Source: Dehalococcoidia bacterium
Lineage (GTDB): Bacteria; Chloroflexota; Dehalococcoidia; GIF9; AB-539-J10
Reading direction: 5' to 3'
DNA length: 64,000 nucleotides
Assembly (NCBI GenBank): GCA_030612025.1
Contig: JAUWOR010000002.1
Coordinates: 32,001 to 96,000, forward strand
Shown here: in pieces, positions 9,285-18,247 of the stretch
How positions within the stretch are numbered: the stretch's first letter is position 1
Layout: each line of letters opens with the position of its first letter
Made by a program: the position numbers and the translations under genes
Notes under the pieces: model-generated
Told to the model about the DNA's origin: nothing
Database searches by the model: none
Seen by the model: only the letters and a program-made list of their open reading frames with translations

Positions 9285-10082
9285 ATGGGAAATAACAAAA
9301 AAATCTTAATCGTAGATGATGAGCCTGAATTTCTATTAGCTTTGCAGAGGACTCTAGAAGCCAAATCCTATGAGGTGACTACTGCCAGCAACAAAACAGA
9401 GGCGCAGGAAAAAATCAGGATGAGAGAGCCCGATGTTATTATTCTGGGCACGATGACTCCCCGTGGAGAGGCATTCTCGCTACACAAATGGCTGAAACAA
9501 AATCCCCGAACTAAGGACTCGCCCATTGTGATCATTGATGCTCCACTTGAAAAACGTCTTGTTAGTGGGTGGAGCATGGATGAGGGAGTGCAAATGGAGG
9601 CTGAGGACTATCTAACCAAGCCAATTGAGCCAGCGTCACTTGTGCCTCTAATCCAAGCGCTGCTGGAGAGGGCGATCAAGCGGATAAAAGTGCTCATAGT
9701 AGATGACCACACTGTAATCCGGGATGGCATTCGTGCTGTGCTCGCGCTGCAAAAAGACATTGCGGTAGTAGGTGAGGCCATGGATGGAAAAGACGCAGTG
9801 GGGAAGACTCTCCAGCTTTTGCCTGACGTAGTAGTAATGGACATAGTCATGCCGGTAATGAATGGGCTGGAGGCTACTAAGCGGATATGCAAGGAACGCC
9901 CTCAGACTAAGGTTTTGATGCTAACACAGTATGATGACGAAGAGAATATCCTTATGGCCGAGCAGGTAGGAGCCTATGGATTTATCCCCAAGAGGGCTGC
10001 TAGTTCCCAGCTTCTAACTGGCATAAGATCTGTGTACCAGGGAGAACGACTTCAAAGGCCCACTGCAGCAATTTCTAGCTGA
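9285..10082 (+). CDS. Response regulator with two tandem receiver domains and no output domain
   Basis: ILIVDDE...YLTKP followed by VLIVDDH...VVMD...FIPK; the protein ends without an HTH. Confidence 0.8.
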   Translation: MGNNKKILIVDDEPEFLLALQRTLEAKSYEVTTASNKTEAQEKIRMREPDVIILGTMTPRGEAFSLHKWLKQNPRTKDSPIVIIDAPLEKRLVSGWSMDEGVQMEAEDYLTKPIEPASLVPLIQALLERAIKRIKVLIVDDHTVIRDGIRAVLALQKDIAVVGEAMDGKDAVGKTLQLLPDVVVMDIVMPVMNGLEATKRICKERPQTKVLMLTQYDDEENILMAEQVGAYGFIPKRAASSQLLTGIRSVYQGERLQRPTAAISS

Positions 10083-10175
10083 AAGTCAATGGTAGCATAG
10101 TGCCAAGCTCCTACTTAACAAAATGCAGCTCGGGCCCTTTATAACACGTGTAGCTGTTTTTGAGATTGTTTAATG

Positions 10176-10254
10176 GTCACCCTGAGCGTTAGCGAAGGGT
10201 CTCTAGATTCTTCGCTAACCCTTCGCTTTGCTCAGGGCTTCGGTTCAGAATGAC
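10176..10254. repeat. Palindromic REP/RPE-like element (GTCACCCTGAGC...GCTCAGGG...CAGAATGAC family)
   Basis: Nested inverted repeats: ccctgagc/gctcaggg and gttagcgaag/cttcgctaac. Related copies at 12831, 15568, 18221 and 63372. Confidence 0.75.
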
Positions 10255-10284
10255 AGGTGAATCGCCAAATAAGCTGTTTTTCTC

Positions 10285-10313
10285 TTGAATTACTTAGCAT
10301 TACAAGCTACTAT
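10285..10313 (+). promoter_or_regulatory. Putative sigma70 promoter of lysA (near-leaderless)
   Basis: TTGAAT-17bp-TACTAT, ending 9 bp before the TTG start; no SD sequence. Confidence 0.4.
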
Positions 10314-10322
10314 ATCTAAAAT

Positions 10323-11648
10323 TTGAATACAAACAAAGTACCCAAACTATCCCTCTTCCCCTTAACCACCGAAATAAATAATCAAGGTCATCTTTGCGTC
10401 GGTGGCTGTGATGTCGTTGCGCTAGCTAAGGAGTACGGCACGCCACTGTATATTTTCGATGAGTTCACCCTTCACCACAAGTGCCGTGAATTTAAGGCTG
10501 AGTTCACCAAGCGCTATCCTGATACCTTGGTCATTTACGCCTCGAAAGCTTTCCTAAATAAGGCATTGGCTCTTATTTTCAAAGAGGAAGATTTAGGACT
10601 CGACGTTGTCTCCGGTGGAGAGCTCAGCATTGCTCGCTCGGCAAATTTCCCCTTAGATAAAGTTTACTTCCATGGCAACAACAAGACGCCAGAAGAACTG
10701 GAGCTGGCTCTAAATTGGGGCATCGGTCGGGTTGTGGTAGATAACTTCTATGAGCTTGAACTACTTAGCAGACTAGCTAAAGGAAAAGGGATTATTCAGG
10801 ATATTTTGCTTCGCCTTACCCCTGGAGTTGACTCTCATACTCATGAATATACTACTACAGGAACGCTAGATAGCAAATTCGGCTTCCCATTGGCTACAGG
10901 ACAAGCTGAAGAGGCGGGAAAACGAGCTCTATCAGCTTCTAACCTTAATCTTTTGGGTTTTCATTTTCACCTCGGCTCGCCTATATTTGAAACAAAGCCT
11001 TATGAGTTGGCTATAGAGCTTGTTCTTCGCTTTGCCCATGAAATCAAAGGAGAATTTAGCTTCCAACTCAGTGAATTTAGCATTGGCGGCGGCTTTGCTG
11101 TTCAATACACCTTAGACTCTAAAGTGCCCGCTATAGCTGATTATGCACAGGCCATAACCAGCAAGCTAAACAGCCTTACCTCACTTCTAGAATTAGGCCC
11201 TCCACGACTCATTATTGAGCCAGGAAGGGCAATAGTGGGGCAAGCCGGGGTAGCAGTATATGCTGTAGGAACAATTAAAGAGGTACCCAGAGTAAGAAAA
11301 TATGTCTGCGTTGATGGTGGCATAAGTGATAATATTCGCCCGGCTCTTTACGGAGCCAAATATGAAGCCCTCATAGCTAGTAAAGCTTTAGGGGCGGAAG
11401 AGGGCCCAGTCACAATTGCCGGTAAGCTCTGCGAATCAGGAGATATTCTGATAAGAGACACCAATTTGGCTTCAGTTTCCCCCGGTGATATTATTGCCAT
11501 ACCAGTTTGCGGCGCTTACTCCATCCCCATGTGGAGCAATTACAATGCCCTACCCAGACCAGCTATAGTCATGGTGGATCAAGGCGAAGCACATCTCATT
11601 CGGCGCCGAGAAAGTTATCAAGATTTGATGAGCTTAGACACAATATGA
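10323..11648 (+). CDS. lysA: Diaminopimelate decarboxylase
   Basis: YASKAF (PLP lysine), HGNNK, HFHLGS, EPGRAIV and GKLCESGD motifs. Confidence 0.95.
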   Translation: MNTNKVPKLSLFPLTTEINNQGHLCVGGCDVVALAKEYGTPLYIFDEFTLHHKCREFKAEFTKRYPDTLVIYASKAFLNKALALIFKEEDLGLDVVSGGELSIARSANFPLDKVYFHGNNKTPEELELALNWGIGRVVVDNFYELELLSRLAKGKGIIQDILLRLTPGVDSHTHEYTTTGTLDSKFGFPLATGQAEEAGKRALSASNLNLLGFHFHLGSPIFETKPYELAIELVLRFAHEIKGEFSFQLSEFSIGGGFAVQYTLDSKVPAIADYAQAITSKLNSLTSLLELGPPRLIIEPGRAIVGQAGVAVYAVGTIKEVPRVRKYVCVDGGISDNIRPALYGAKYEALIASKALGAEEGPVTIAGKLCESGDILIRDTNLASVSPGDIIAIPVCGAYSIPMWSNYNALPRPAIVMVDQGEAHLIRRRESYQDLMSLDTI

Positions 11649-11649
11649 T

Positions 11650-11831
11650 AAATTCTAAGCACGAAATCTTAAATGCTAAACAATATCAAAGCACTAATAA
11701 CAAATGTTCAAAACAAAATGGGTTTCCTTATTTGAATTTTGAATTTAGAATTTGTTTAGGATTTAGATATTAGAATTTAGGATTTTACAATTGTATTTGT
11801 TTAGAATTTGGAGCTTTGATATTAGAATTTT
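11650..11831. repeat. AT-rich 7-nt periodic imperfect inverted-repeat element
   Basis: aaattct-aagcacg-aaatctt-aaatgct units are mirrored by tttagaa/tttagga/tttagat/attagaa units. Related element at 25958-26022. Confidence 0.65.
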
Positions 11832-11838
11832 ATATTAG

Positions 11839-12834
11839 ATGTGGCAGGTAATAGGACAAGATAAAATTTTGGCTTTGTTGGGTCACTGCCTTAAGGAAGA
11901 TAACGTAGCTCATGCCTACCTTTTGGTGGGACCACGCCATGTGGGCAAAAGAACCCTGGCCCTTAATTTAGCTCAAGCTCTCAATTGTGATCATCCCGAG
12001 CCACCTTGTGGCCAATGTCATTCCTGTCATCGAATCTTCGAAGGTAAGCATGCCGACGTTACTTCCCTAGGCCTTGACTCCAAAGTGGAGATTGGCATCG
12101 ATGACATTCGGCAGCTTCAGAGGTTAGCTAATTTGCCACCATATGAAGGTAAGTGCAAAGTATTTATCATTGATGAGGCTGAATATCTATCCACTGAGGC
12201 GGCTAATTCCTTACTCAAGATATTGGAAGAGCCACCACCTAAAGTAGTCTGGCTTTTGTTAGCTGCTGAGGAAAGGCGCCTCTTGCCCACGATTATTTCT
12301 CGCTGTCAACGGCTGGAATTGAAGCCCATGCCCTCAGAGCAAATACAACAAATACTTACCGCTTCCTATAATGTTGACCTTGCTAAAGCAAAGCTTCTGG
12401 CTCGCTTGTGCCACGGCTGCCTTGGCTGGGCATTATCTGCCCTAGCAGACGATGACTTGCTCCACCAGCGGTCGCAAAAAATTGATAACTTAGCCTCCTT
12501 ACTAACTGCTAGCTTGGGGCAGCGCTTCGCTTATGCTCAGGAGTTAGCCATACAATTCAGTCAAGATCGGAGGTCTGCGATGGAAGTGATGGAGACCTGG
12601 CTCAGTTGGTGGCATGACTTGATGCTTATCAAGGGTGGCTACAAGGAGGCCATCACCAATGTAGACCATGAAGTAGTCCTAGAGAAACAAGCAAATAGGA
12701 TGAGCCTAAAAGAGATTAAAGACTTCACCGCTACCCTATGCTTAACAGAAGAAGAGATTTCCAGAAACGTTAATGCTCGTTTGGCATTCGAATCACTGAT
12801 GCTTAACATGCCAAAAATTGTTAGCTACCAGTGA
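11839..12834 (+). CDS. holB: DNA polymerase III subunit delta'
   Basis: HAYLLVGP, zinc finger C..PCGQCHSC, ANSLLKILEEPP and TIISRCQ motifs. Confidence 0.92.
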   Translation: MWQVIGQDKILALLGHCLKEDNVAHAYLLVGPRHVGKRTLALNLAQALNCDHPEPPCGQCHSCHRIFEGKHADVTSLGLDSKVEIGIDDIRQLQRLANLPPYEGKCKVFIIDEAEYLSTEAANSLLKILEEPPPKVVWLLLAAEERRLLPTIISRCQRLELKPMPSEQIQQILTASYNVDLAKAKLLARLCHGCLGWALSALADDDLLHQRSQKIDNLASLLTASLGQRFAYAQELAIQFSQDRRSAMEVMETWLSWWHDLMLIKGGYKEAITNVDHEVVLEKQANRMSLKEIKDFTATLCLTEEEISRNVNARLAFESLMLNMPKIVSYQ

Positions 12835-12877
12835 GCCGAAGCTCCGAGTGAAGCGAGGAGGCAGCGAAACAAATCTA

Positions 12878-13678
12878 ATGGCTGAGATAATCGGAGTTCG
12901 CTTTCAACCTAGAGGCAATCTGTTCTATTGTGACGCTGGTGACATACCGCTACAAGTTGGCAACTATGTAGTGGTGGAGACCAGCCACGGTTTGGACTTG
13001 GCTAAAGTCACCATTTCTAAAGCTCAAGTTCAAGCAAGCGACCTAACCGAACCGTTAATGACAGTGATACGTCGTGCTCAATCAGAAGACTTGGAAAAGG
13101 CCCGACAGAACAAAGAAAAGGAGGTTTTAGCTAAATGCAAAGAAATGGTGACCTCACTTGGTTTAAGAATGAAGCCCCTATCAGCTCACTATAACCTTGA
13201 TGGCAGTCACCTAACTATATTCTTTAGCGCTCGTGAAAGGGTTGATTTTCGAAATTTAGTGCGAAAATTGAGCCGCAGCTTCAAAACACGTGTGGAGTTA
13301 AGGCAAATGGGACCAAGGGATGAAGCTAAATTAGTGGGTGGTATAGGTAAGTGCGGTTATCCCTTATGCTGCCAGGGTTTTCTCACCGGCTTTACCCCTG
13401 TCTCTATTAGAATGGCTAAACAACAGAACCTAGCTTTAAATCCTGCTAAGATATCAGGCATCTGTGGGCGGCTTCTGTGCTGCCTTAGCTATGAAAGTAA
13501 ACAATATGCAACCATGAGGGAGAAAATGCCTCGGGTAGGGCAGGAAGTATCCACACCCTTTGGCAAAGCTAAGGTAGTCAGTGTGAATCCCTTGAAAGAA
13601 ACGGTAACAATCGAGCTTGATAACGTTGTTAAAGAATTGCCTCTTGATCAACTAAGTGAGAAACCAAGGCCGGACTAG
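12878..13678 (+). CDS. ricT: PSP1-domain protein (RicT/YaaT)
   Basis: RVDFRNLVR, ELRQMGPRDEAK..GG.G.CG..LCC and KISGICGRLLCCL motifs; the usual neighbour of holB. Confidence 0.88.
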   Translation: MAEIIGVRFQPRGNLFYCDAGDIPLQVGNYVVVETSHGLDLAKVTISKAQVQASDLTEPLMTVIRRAQSEDLEKARQNKEKEVLAKCKEMVTSLGLRMKPLSAHYNLDGSHLTIFFSARERVDFRNLVRKLSRSFKTRVELRQMGPRDEAKLVGGIGKCGYPLCCQGFLTGFTPVSIRMAKQQNLALNPAKISGICGRLLCCLSYESKQYATMREKMPRVGQEVSTPFGKAKVVSVNPLKETVTIELDNVVKELPLDQLSEKPRPD

Positions 13679-13685
13679 AATTGCG

Positions 13686-14189
13686 CTACTGCGGCACATA
13701 TTTTCTCCACTCATCATGGCTATTGAAATAGTGATAAGGAATGTAGAAGCCATCATTACGAGGTGTGCGTGGCTGACGAAGTAATTTCATCCCAGCCTCA
13801 GCTGGTGTACGCCCACCTTTGTGACGATTGCAAACTTTGCAAGCGCTAACCACATTCTCCCAAGCATGCTCTCCACCTCGCCGCCGTGGGATAACATGGT
13901 CTAAGGTGAGTTCCTTTATCTGTCGACCACAATATTGACAGGTATATTGATCACGATTAAACACCTCGAGTTTAGTCAACTTTCTTTGACGACGAGGGCA
14001 TTTAACCATATAAACGAGGCGGATTACTGAAGGTATGGGGAAAACCTGTGTAACAGAATGAAGCTCTCCTCGGCTGTTTTCTAACACCTCGGCTTTACCG
14101 CAAAAGACTAAGACTACAGCCCGACGTACGCGACACAAATTGAGCGGCTCATAGCTTTGATTAAGAACTAAAACCGGGAAATTTATCAT
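13686..14189 (-). CDS. HNH endonuclease
   Basis: VLVLNQSYEP, RDQYTCQYCG, LTLDHVIP...GG...WENVVSACKVCN..KG motifs. Confidence 0.9.
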   Translation of the reverse strand: MINFPVLVLNQSYEPLNLCRVRRAVVLVFCGKAEVLENSRGELHSVTQVFPIPSVIRLVYMVKCPRRQRKLTKLEVFNRDQYTCQYCGRQIKELTLDHVIPRRRGGEHAWENVVSACKVCNRHKGGRTPAEAGMKLLRQPRTPRNDGFYIPYHYFNSHDEWRKYVPQ

Positions 14190-14259
14190 AACTGAACTCT
14201 CTGCACTAGCTATTGGCTTATTTTAGCAGTCATGTTTCCCAATTGCAATAACGTGACAC

Positions 14260-15702
14260 TCAGAGATGATGCCTCCTAGTGATACGTGGCTCAGGACGCT
14301 TAGCCATCTGGCTAGGTCTTACATCACTACGATAATCGGGAGCAATGATGTTAAATACCAGGCTCAGCCTTGCATCCGCCATTCGTGAACTGATTCGTGG
14401 CTCAATCTCGTCCAGGGAAAAGCAACTGGTAATCATGGTTGGCAACCTAGCATTATAGCGATAGTTAATTAACTGATACAGCTTCTCTTGAGCCCAAGGC
14501 GTAATTGACTGCTCACCAAAATCATCGAGTATCAGCAATGGGCATTGTTTAATCCCCTCGAAAAACTCATCGTAAGATATGTTGCTCTGGGGATTGAATG
14601 TGGAGCGCAAATGGTCAAGGAGGTCAGGAACGACCACAAAGAAAACTGCTTTGCCTTGCGTCAGGCGATAATTAGCAATAGCTGCTGCCAGATGGGTCTT
14701 GCCACAACCATTAACACCGTGAAATATTAACCAACCTTCTGGATTAGGAGCAAAATCCCTCGCTAGGTGGAAAGCTTGTTGTAAATTTTGACGCTGCTCC
14801 AAGGGGAGATTTAGTCGCTTATAGTCAAAATTATCGAAAGTCATACTTCGCAGTAGCTCCAATTGTAAGCTATCTAAGCACGCCAAAGATGACTTCTGTC
14901 CCACTATACACACTTGGCAAAATTCACTATCCCTTAGCCTACCACCTAAGCGTTCATCAAACTTCTCTAATGGCAGATCCGTAGTAATCACGGTTGCTAA
15001 CCTAGCATTGAACCTATGGTTAAGAAGTTGCTCTAGTTTTTCCTTTGCCCAGAGTGTGGTACCTTCCATACTCAAGTCATCAAGCACCAGCAAGGGGGTA
15101 TTCTTCACCTGCTCAAATAACGCATCATAGGTTATATCGCTTGTGGGGCTAAAAGCAGACCGAAGATGGTCCAGAAGATCAGCAACTCCAATATAAAAGG
15201 ACGGCTGCCCCAAGTTTAGACGGTGATTAGCAATAGCACAAGCTAGATGGGTTTTGCCACAGCCAGCAGGACCGAAGAAAACCAGCCAGCCTTTGGGATT
15301 ATCAGCAAAAACCCTGGCCATTTGGTAAACACGAGCAAAATGCTCTTGTGAAATAGCATCATCTCTCTTCCCTTTTGGAGATAAATTATCAAAGGTAAGC
15401 CGTGACAGGAAACCAAGATTGCTATATTTCTGGAGATATTGGAACTTCTCCCTCTGCAGTTCCTCCCTTTTGCACTGGCAAGGCACTACCCGACTGAAAT
15501 CAGGCCGCCCTGAATCCAAGAGAGGATGAACAAACCCAGCTCCCTTACAGATAGGGCAGGTCTCTTCCCCTTCACTTTGTTCAGGGCTTCGGCTCACTCG
15601 CGCAGAATGACAAGCAAGGTTATCTTTTGACCAAGTGTCCGTACTTGCCCCTGATGTATTTGTCGGGGTCAACTTTTTTAGTACTTTGTCTATACTTTCC
15701 AC
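14260..15702 (-). CDS. DnaC/IstB-like AAA+ ATPase with two tandem ATPase domains (putative helicase loader)
   Basis: N-terminal CPIC...PCQC zinc site; two Walker A motifs (GPAGCGKT, GVNGCGKT) and two Walker B motifs (LVLDD, LILDD); downstream of dnaB-dnaD. Confidence 0.85.
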   Translation of the reverse strand: MESIDKVLKKLTPTNTSGASTDTWSKDNLACHSARVSRSPEQSEGEETCPICKGAGFVHPLLDSGRPDFSRVVPCQCKREELQREKFQYLQKYSNLGFLSRLTFDNLSPKGKRDDAISQEHFARVYQMARVFADNPKGWLVFFGPAGCGKTHLACAIANHRLNLGQPSFYIGVADLLDHLRSAFSPTSDITYDALFEQVKNTPLLVLDDLSMEGTTLWAKEKLEQLLNHRFNARLATVITTDLPLEKFDERLGGRLRDSEFCQVCIVGQKSSLACLDSLQLELLRSMTFDNFDYKRLNLPLEQRQNLQQAFHLARDFAPNPEGWLIFHGVNGCGKTHLAAAIANYRLTQGKAVFFVVVPDLLDHLRSTFNPQSNISYDEFFEGIKQCPLLILDDFGEQSITPWAQEKLYQLINYRYNARLPTMITSCFSLDEIEPRISSRMADARLSLVFNIIAPDYRSDVRPSQMAKRPEPRITRRHHL

Positions 15703-16387
15703 TGTCCTTGCCCTCGCTAGCCCACCTCTCGAGAATACGGGCGATATATTTCCAACTGCGCTTATTCATTAGGACTGCTTCTCTGAAAGCCTCATTAATC
15801 CATTGCGATGGGTAGAGCCTTGCCGCTTCCTTAAGTTCTTCCACAATCATCGGAGTTATTACCCCGATATTTTGCTCATAGAGAGCGAAGATGTTAGGTA
15901 ATTGCACTGCATGTCCTATTCCTTCTTCGCTAGAGGGCTGCTCCCTAACGGAAAGTTCCCCACGCTTGATCTTAGCAATAGTCTCCCTATCGGATTCCAT
16001 ATTGGCAAAGTAGGCATCTTCCCATTTACCATCTATATTTAAGTTTAGCTGTAAAATGGTGCCGCGGCTTACGGCTAAGTGTAAAGCGTGACGAAGCACT
16101 TCCTCGTCTATCCCAGTCATTAGTGCCTCCTGAGACAGCAATTCTCCATATGTAACAAAAGGAGGCCGGGAAATGCCCACCCTACTACCCCCCTTTATCT
16201 GTCGAGGGACGTAATGGCATCCTTGCTTATGACTGAGCAGGTAAAAAATGTACATTGTTACTTTAAGCTCAGCTAAGTCTTGAATTTGAGGCATCACCTG
16301 AGCAAAGAAGACATCGGGTAAGGGAGTAAATTCCACTTCTGCTGGGAAACCGGGAAATTTTCTCTCTGGCATCTTTTTACCCTTCAA
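15620..16387 (-). CDS. DnaD domain protein
   Basis: NIFALYEQNIG...WINEAFREAV..NKRSWKYIARILERW (DnaD C-terminal domain). Confidence 0.82.
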   Translation of the reverse strand: MKGKKMPERKFPGFPAEVEFTPLPDVFFAQVMPQIQDLAELKVTMYIFYLLSHKQGCHYVPRQIKGGSRVGISRPPFVTYGELLSQEALMTGIDEEVLRHALHLAVSRGTILQLNLNIDGKWEDAYFANMESDRETIAKIKRGELSVREQPSSEEGIGHAVQLPNIFALYEQNIGVITPMIVEELKEAARLYPSQWINEAFREAVLMNKRSWKYIARILERWASEGKDSGKYRQSTKKVDPDKYIRGKYGHLVKR

Positions 16388-17763
16388 GGAGTTGAAATTG
16401 CCTCAGTCTCCTCCACGTTGTCAAATTTAACCACTCTATTCAGGAAACGTAGCTTAATCCGCCCCAAAGGGCCATTGCGGTGCTTAGCTACAATAATATC
16501 GGCGATACCACGGGGATATGGTTCTTTACTAATATCATGCGAGCCCCCCCACTGCTCCTCAGTAAAATATAGGTCATCTCGGTAAATAAAAACAACAACA
16601 TCAGCATCCTGCTCGATGGTGCCACTTTCACGCAGGTCAGCAAGCTGAGGTATATGGGAAGCTCGCCATTCCACAGCTCGGCTGAGTTGAGACACAGCTA
16701 GCACGGGCACATCCAGCTCCCTAGCCAATATCTTTAACGAACGAGTTATTTTACTGATCTCCTGAACCCGAGTTTCATTCCTACTATCACCTTGTATTAG
16801 CTGCAAATAATCAACGATTATTAAGTCAATATCACGCTCAAAATAAAGGCGCCGTGCTTTGCTCCTTATATCTACAGCTCGGAGTTGAGGTGAATCATCA
16901 ATGTAGATCGCTGCTTCGGATAAAATTCCGCTGGCTTCCATAATTCTCGCCTCATCATTTTCACTAAAGCGCCCCAAACGGACATCCCTCGAATTCACCC
17001 CTGATTCGCTAGCCAGAAGACGCTGAACCACCGCCTCCCGAGACATCTCCAAACTGAATAGAGCCACGCAAGCTCTTTGGTTAATAGCAGCATTTCTGGC
17101 AATATTTAGAGCTAAGCTGGTTTTACCCAAGCTAGGCCTGGCAGCTAAAACAATCAAGTCAGATGGCTGCAAACCACCCAGTAAATCATCTAAACCGGCA
17201 AAACCGGTTAAAGCATGAGCTAGCTCCCTTTCCCGGAGCACAGTAGGCTGTCCAGCCTCCTCGAAGTATTGCCCTAAGGCCTCACGTATTGAAATGAAAT
17301 CTCTAGTGCCCTGTCTCCTTCTTACTTGAAAAAGGATATCCTCAGCTTTATTGAGGCTAGCCTCGATATCTGGGCCAGCCTCATAACCAATGGCGGCAAT
17401 TTGCCCTGCAGCAACGATCATTTGCCGCATCACTCCTGTCTTAGATACTATCTGAGCATAATGTTCAACATGCAGGGATGTAGGCACAACAGATATTAGA
17501 TGGGATAAATAGGCCGCGCCACCAATCTGCTCTAGCTTGTTCTGGCGCATCAGTTCATGTGCTACCGTGATCTGGTTTATAACTTCATTGCGTTGGTAAA
17601 GAGACAAGCAAGCTTGATAAATCGCTTGATTTGTTTCATCAAAAAAGTCCTCGGACTTAAGAGAAGTAGCTACTTTCAATATAGCTTCAGGATCGATAAG
17701 CAAAGAGCCAATCACTGCCTCCTCTGCTTCAATGTCGTGGGGGGGTAATTTTTCCTGTGCCAT
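16384..17763 (-). CDS. dnaB: Replicative DNA helicase
   Basis: PPHDIEAEEAV, AARPSLGKT, DYLQL, SQLSR and DLRESGTIEQDAD motifs. Confidence 0.97.
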   Translation of the reverse strand: MAQEKLPPHDIEAEEAVIGSLLIDPEAILKVATSLKSEDFFDETNQAIYQACLSLYQRNEVINQITVAHELMRQNKLEQIGGAAYLSHLISVVPTSLHVEHYAQIVSKTGVMRQMIVAAGQIAAIGYEAGPDIEASLNKAEDILFQVRRRQGTRDFISIREALGQYFEEAGQPTVLRERELAHALTGFAGLDDLLGGLQPSDLIVLAARPSLGKTSLALNIARNAAINQRACVALFSLEMSREAVVQRLLASESGVNSRDVRLGRFSENDEARIMEASGILSEAAIYIDDSPQLRAVDIRSKARRLYFERDIDLIIVDYLQLIQGDSRNETRVQEISKITRSLKILARELDVPVLAVSQLSRAVEWRASHIPQLADLRESGTIEQDADVVVFIYRDDLYFTEEQWGGSHDISKEPYPRGIADIIVAKHRNGPLGRIKLRFLNRVVKFDNVEETEAISTP

Positions 17764-17766
17764 TTT

Positions 17767-18219
17767 TTAAGCCTTCCTCGGCTCAATGACCACTGTGATT
17801 CGTGGCTCCAACCCCTTAGCTAATTTAATACTTATTTCGTAGTTACCTGCTTGGCGCAAAGGCTTGTCCAAGTCTATCTTCCTCTTATCAATAGAAGAAC
17901 CTATAACTCGACTTAATTCCTCGGCTATGCCGGCAGCGGTAATAGAGCCAAATAAACGGTCATCAGCACCCACATGGGCCTGAAAATGGATTTCTCTTCC
18001 ATCGATTTGTTCAGCTAACTTAGCTAGTTTAGCTTGGTCAAGACTTTCTTTAATCCCTTCCTTTAGAAGCTTCAGTTTGGCTTGCTTTATAGCTGCTGGC
18101 GTAGCTGCCAAGGCTAAACCCTGGGGGAAAAGGAAATTCCTAGCATAGCCCTTGGCCACCTCCGTTATCTCTCCAGCCTCTCCCTTCCCAGAAACATCCT
18201 TTAACAAAATAACTTTCAT
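17767..18219 (-). CDS. rplI: 50S ribosomal protein L9
   Basis: [12 protein letters not shown]...[16 protein letters not shown] and LFGSIT motifs. Confidence 0.96.
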   Translation of the reverse strand: MKVILLKDVSGKGEAGEITEVAKGYARNFLFPQGLALAATPAAIKQAKLKLLKEGIKESLDQAKLAKLAEQIDGREIHFQAHVGADDRLFGSITAAGIAEELSRVIGSSIDKRKIDLDKPLRQAGNYEISIKLAKGLEPRITVVIEPRKA

Positions 18220-18220
18220 A

Positions 18221-18247
18221 GAGATCCTTCGCTTCGCTCAGGATGAC
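18221..18247. repeat. Short palindromic REP-like element overlapping the trxB stop and rplI RBS
   Basis: Minus strand reads gtcatcctgagcgaagcgaaggatctc; same family as 10176 and 63420. Confidence 0.7.

Noticed and set aside
11507-11773. 88-aa ORF overlapping the lysA end
   Set aside because: Out-of-frame overlap running into the heptamer repeat; spurious.
13686-14189. HNH gene as a homing endonuclease or defence system
   Set aside because: Belongs to the common stand-alone VLVLN..YEP HNH type; no intron, flanking repeats or partner genes.
14260-15702. IS21 IstB or prophage replication module
   Set aside because: No IstA transposase, terminal inverted repeats or phage genes; embedded in the rplI-dnaB housekeeping operon.
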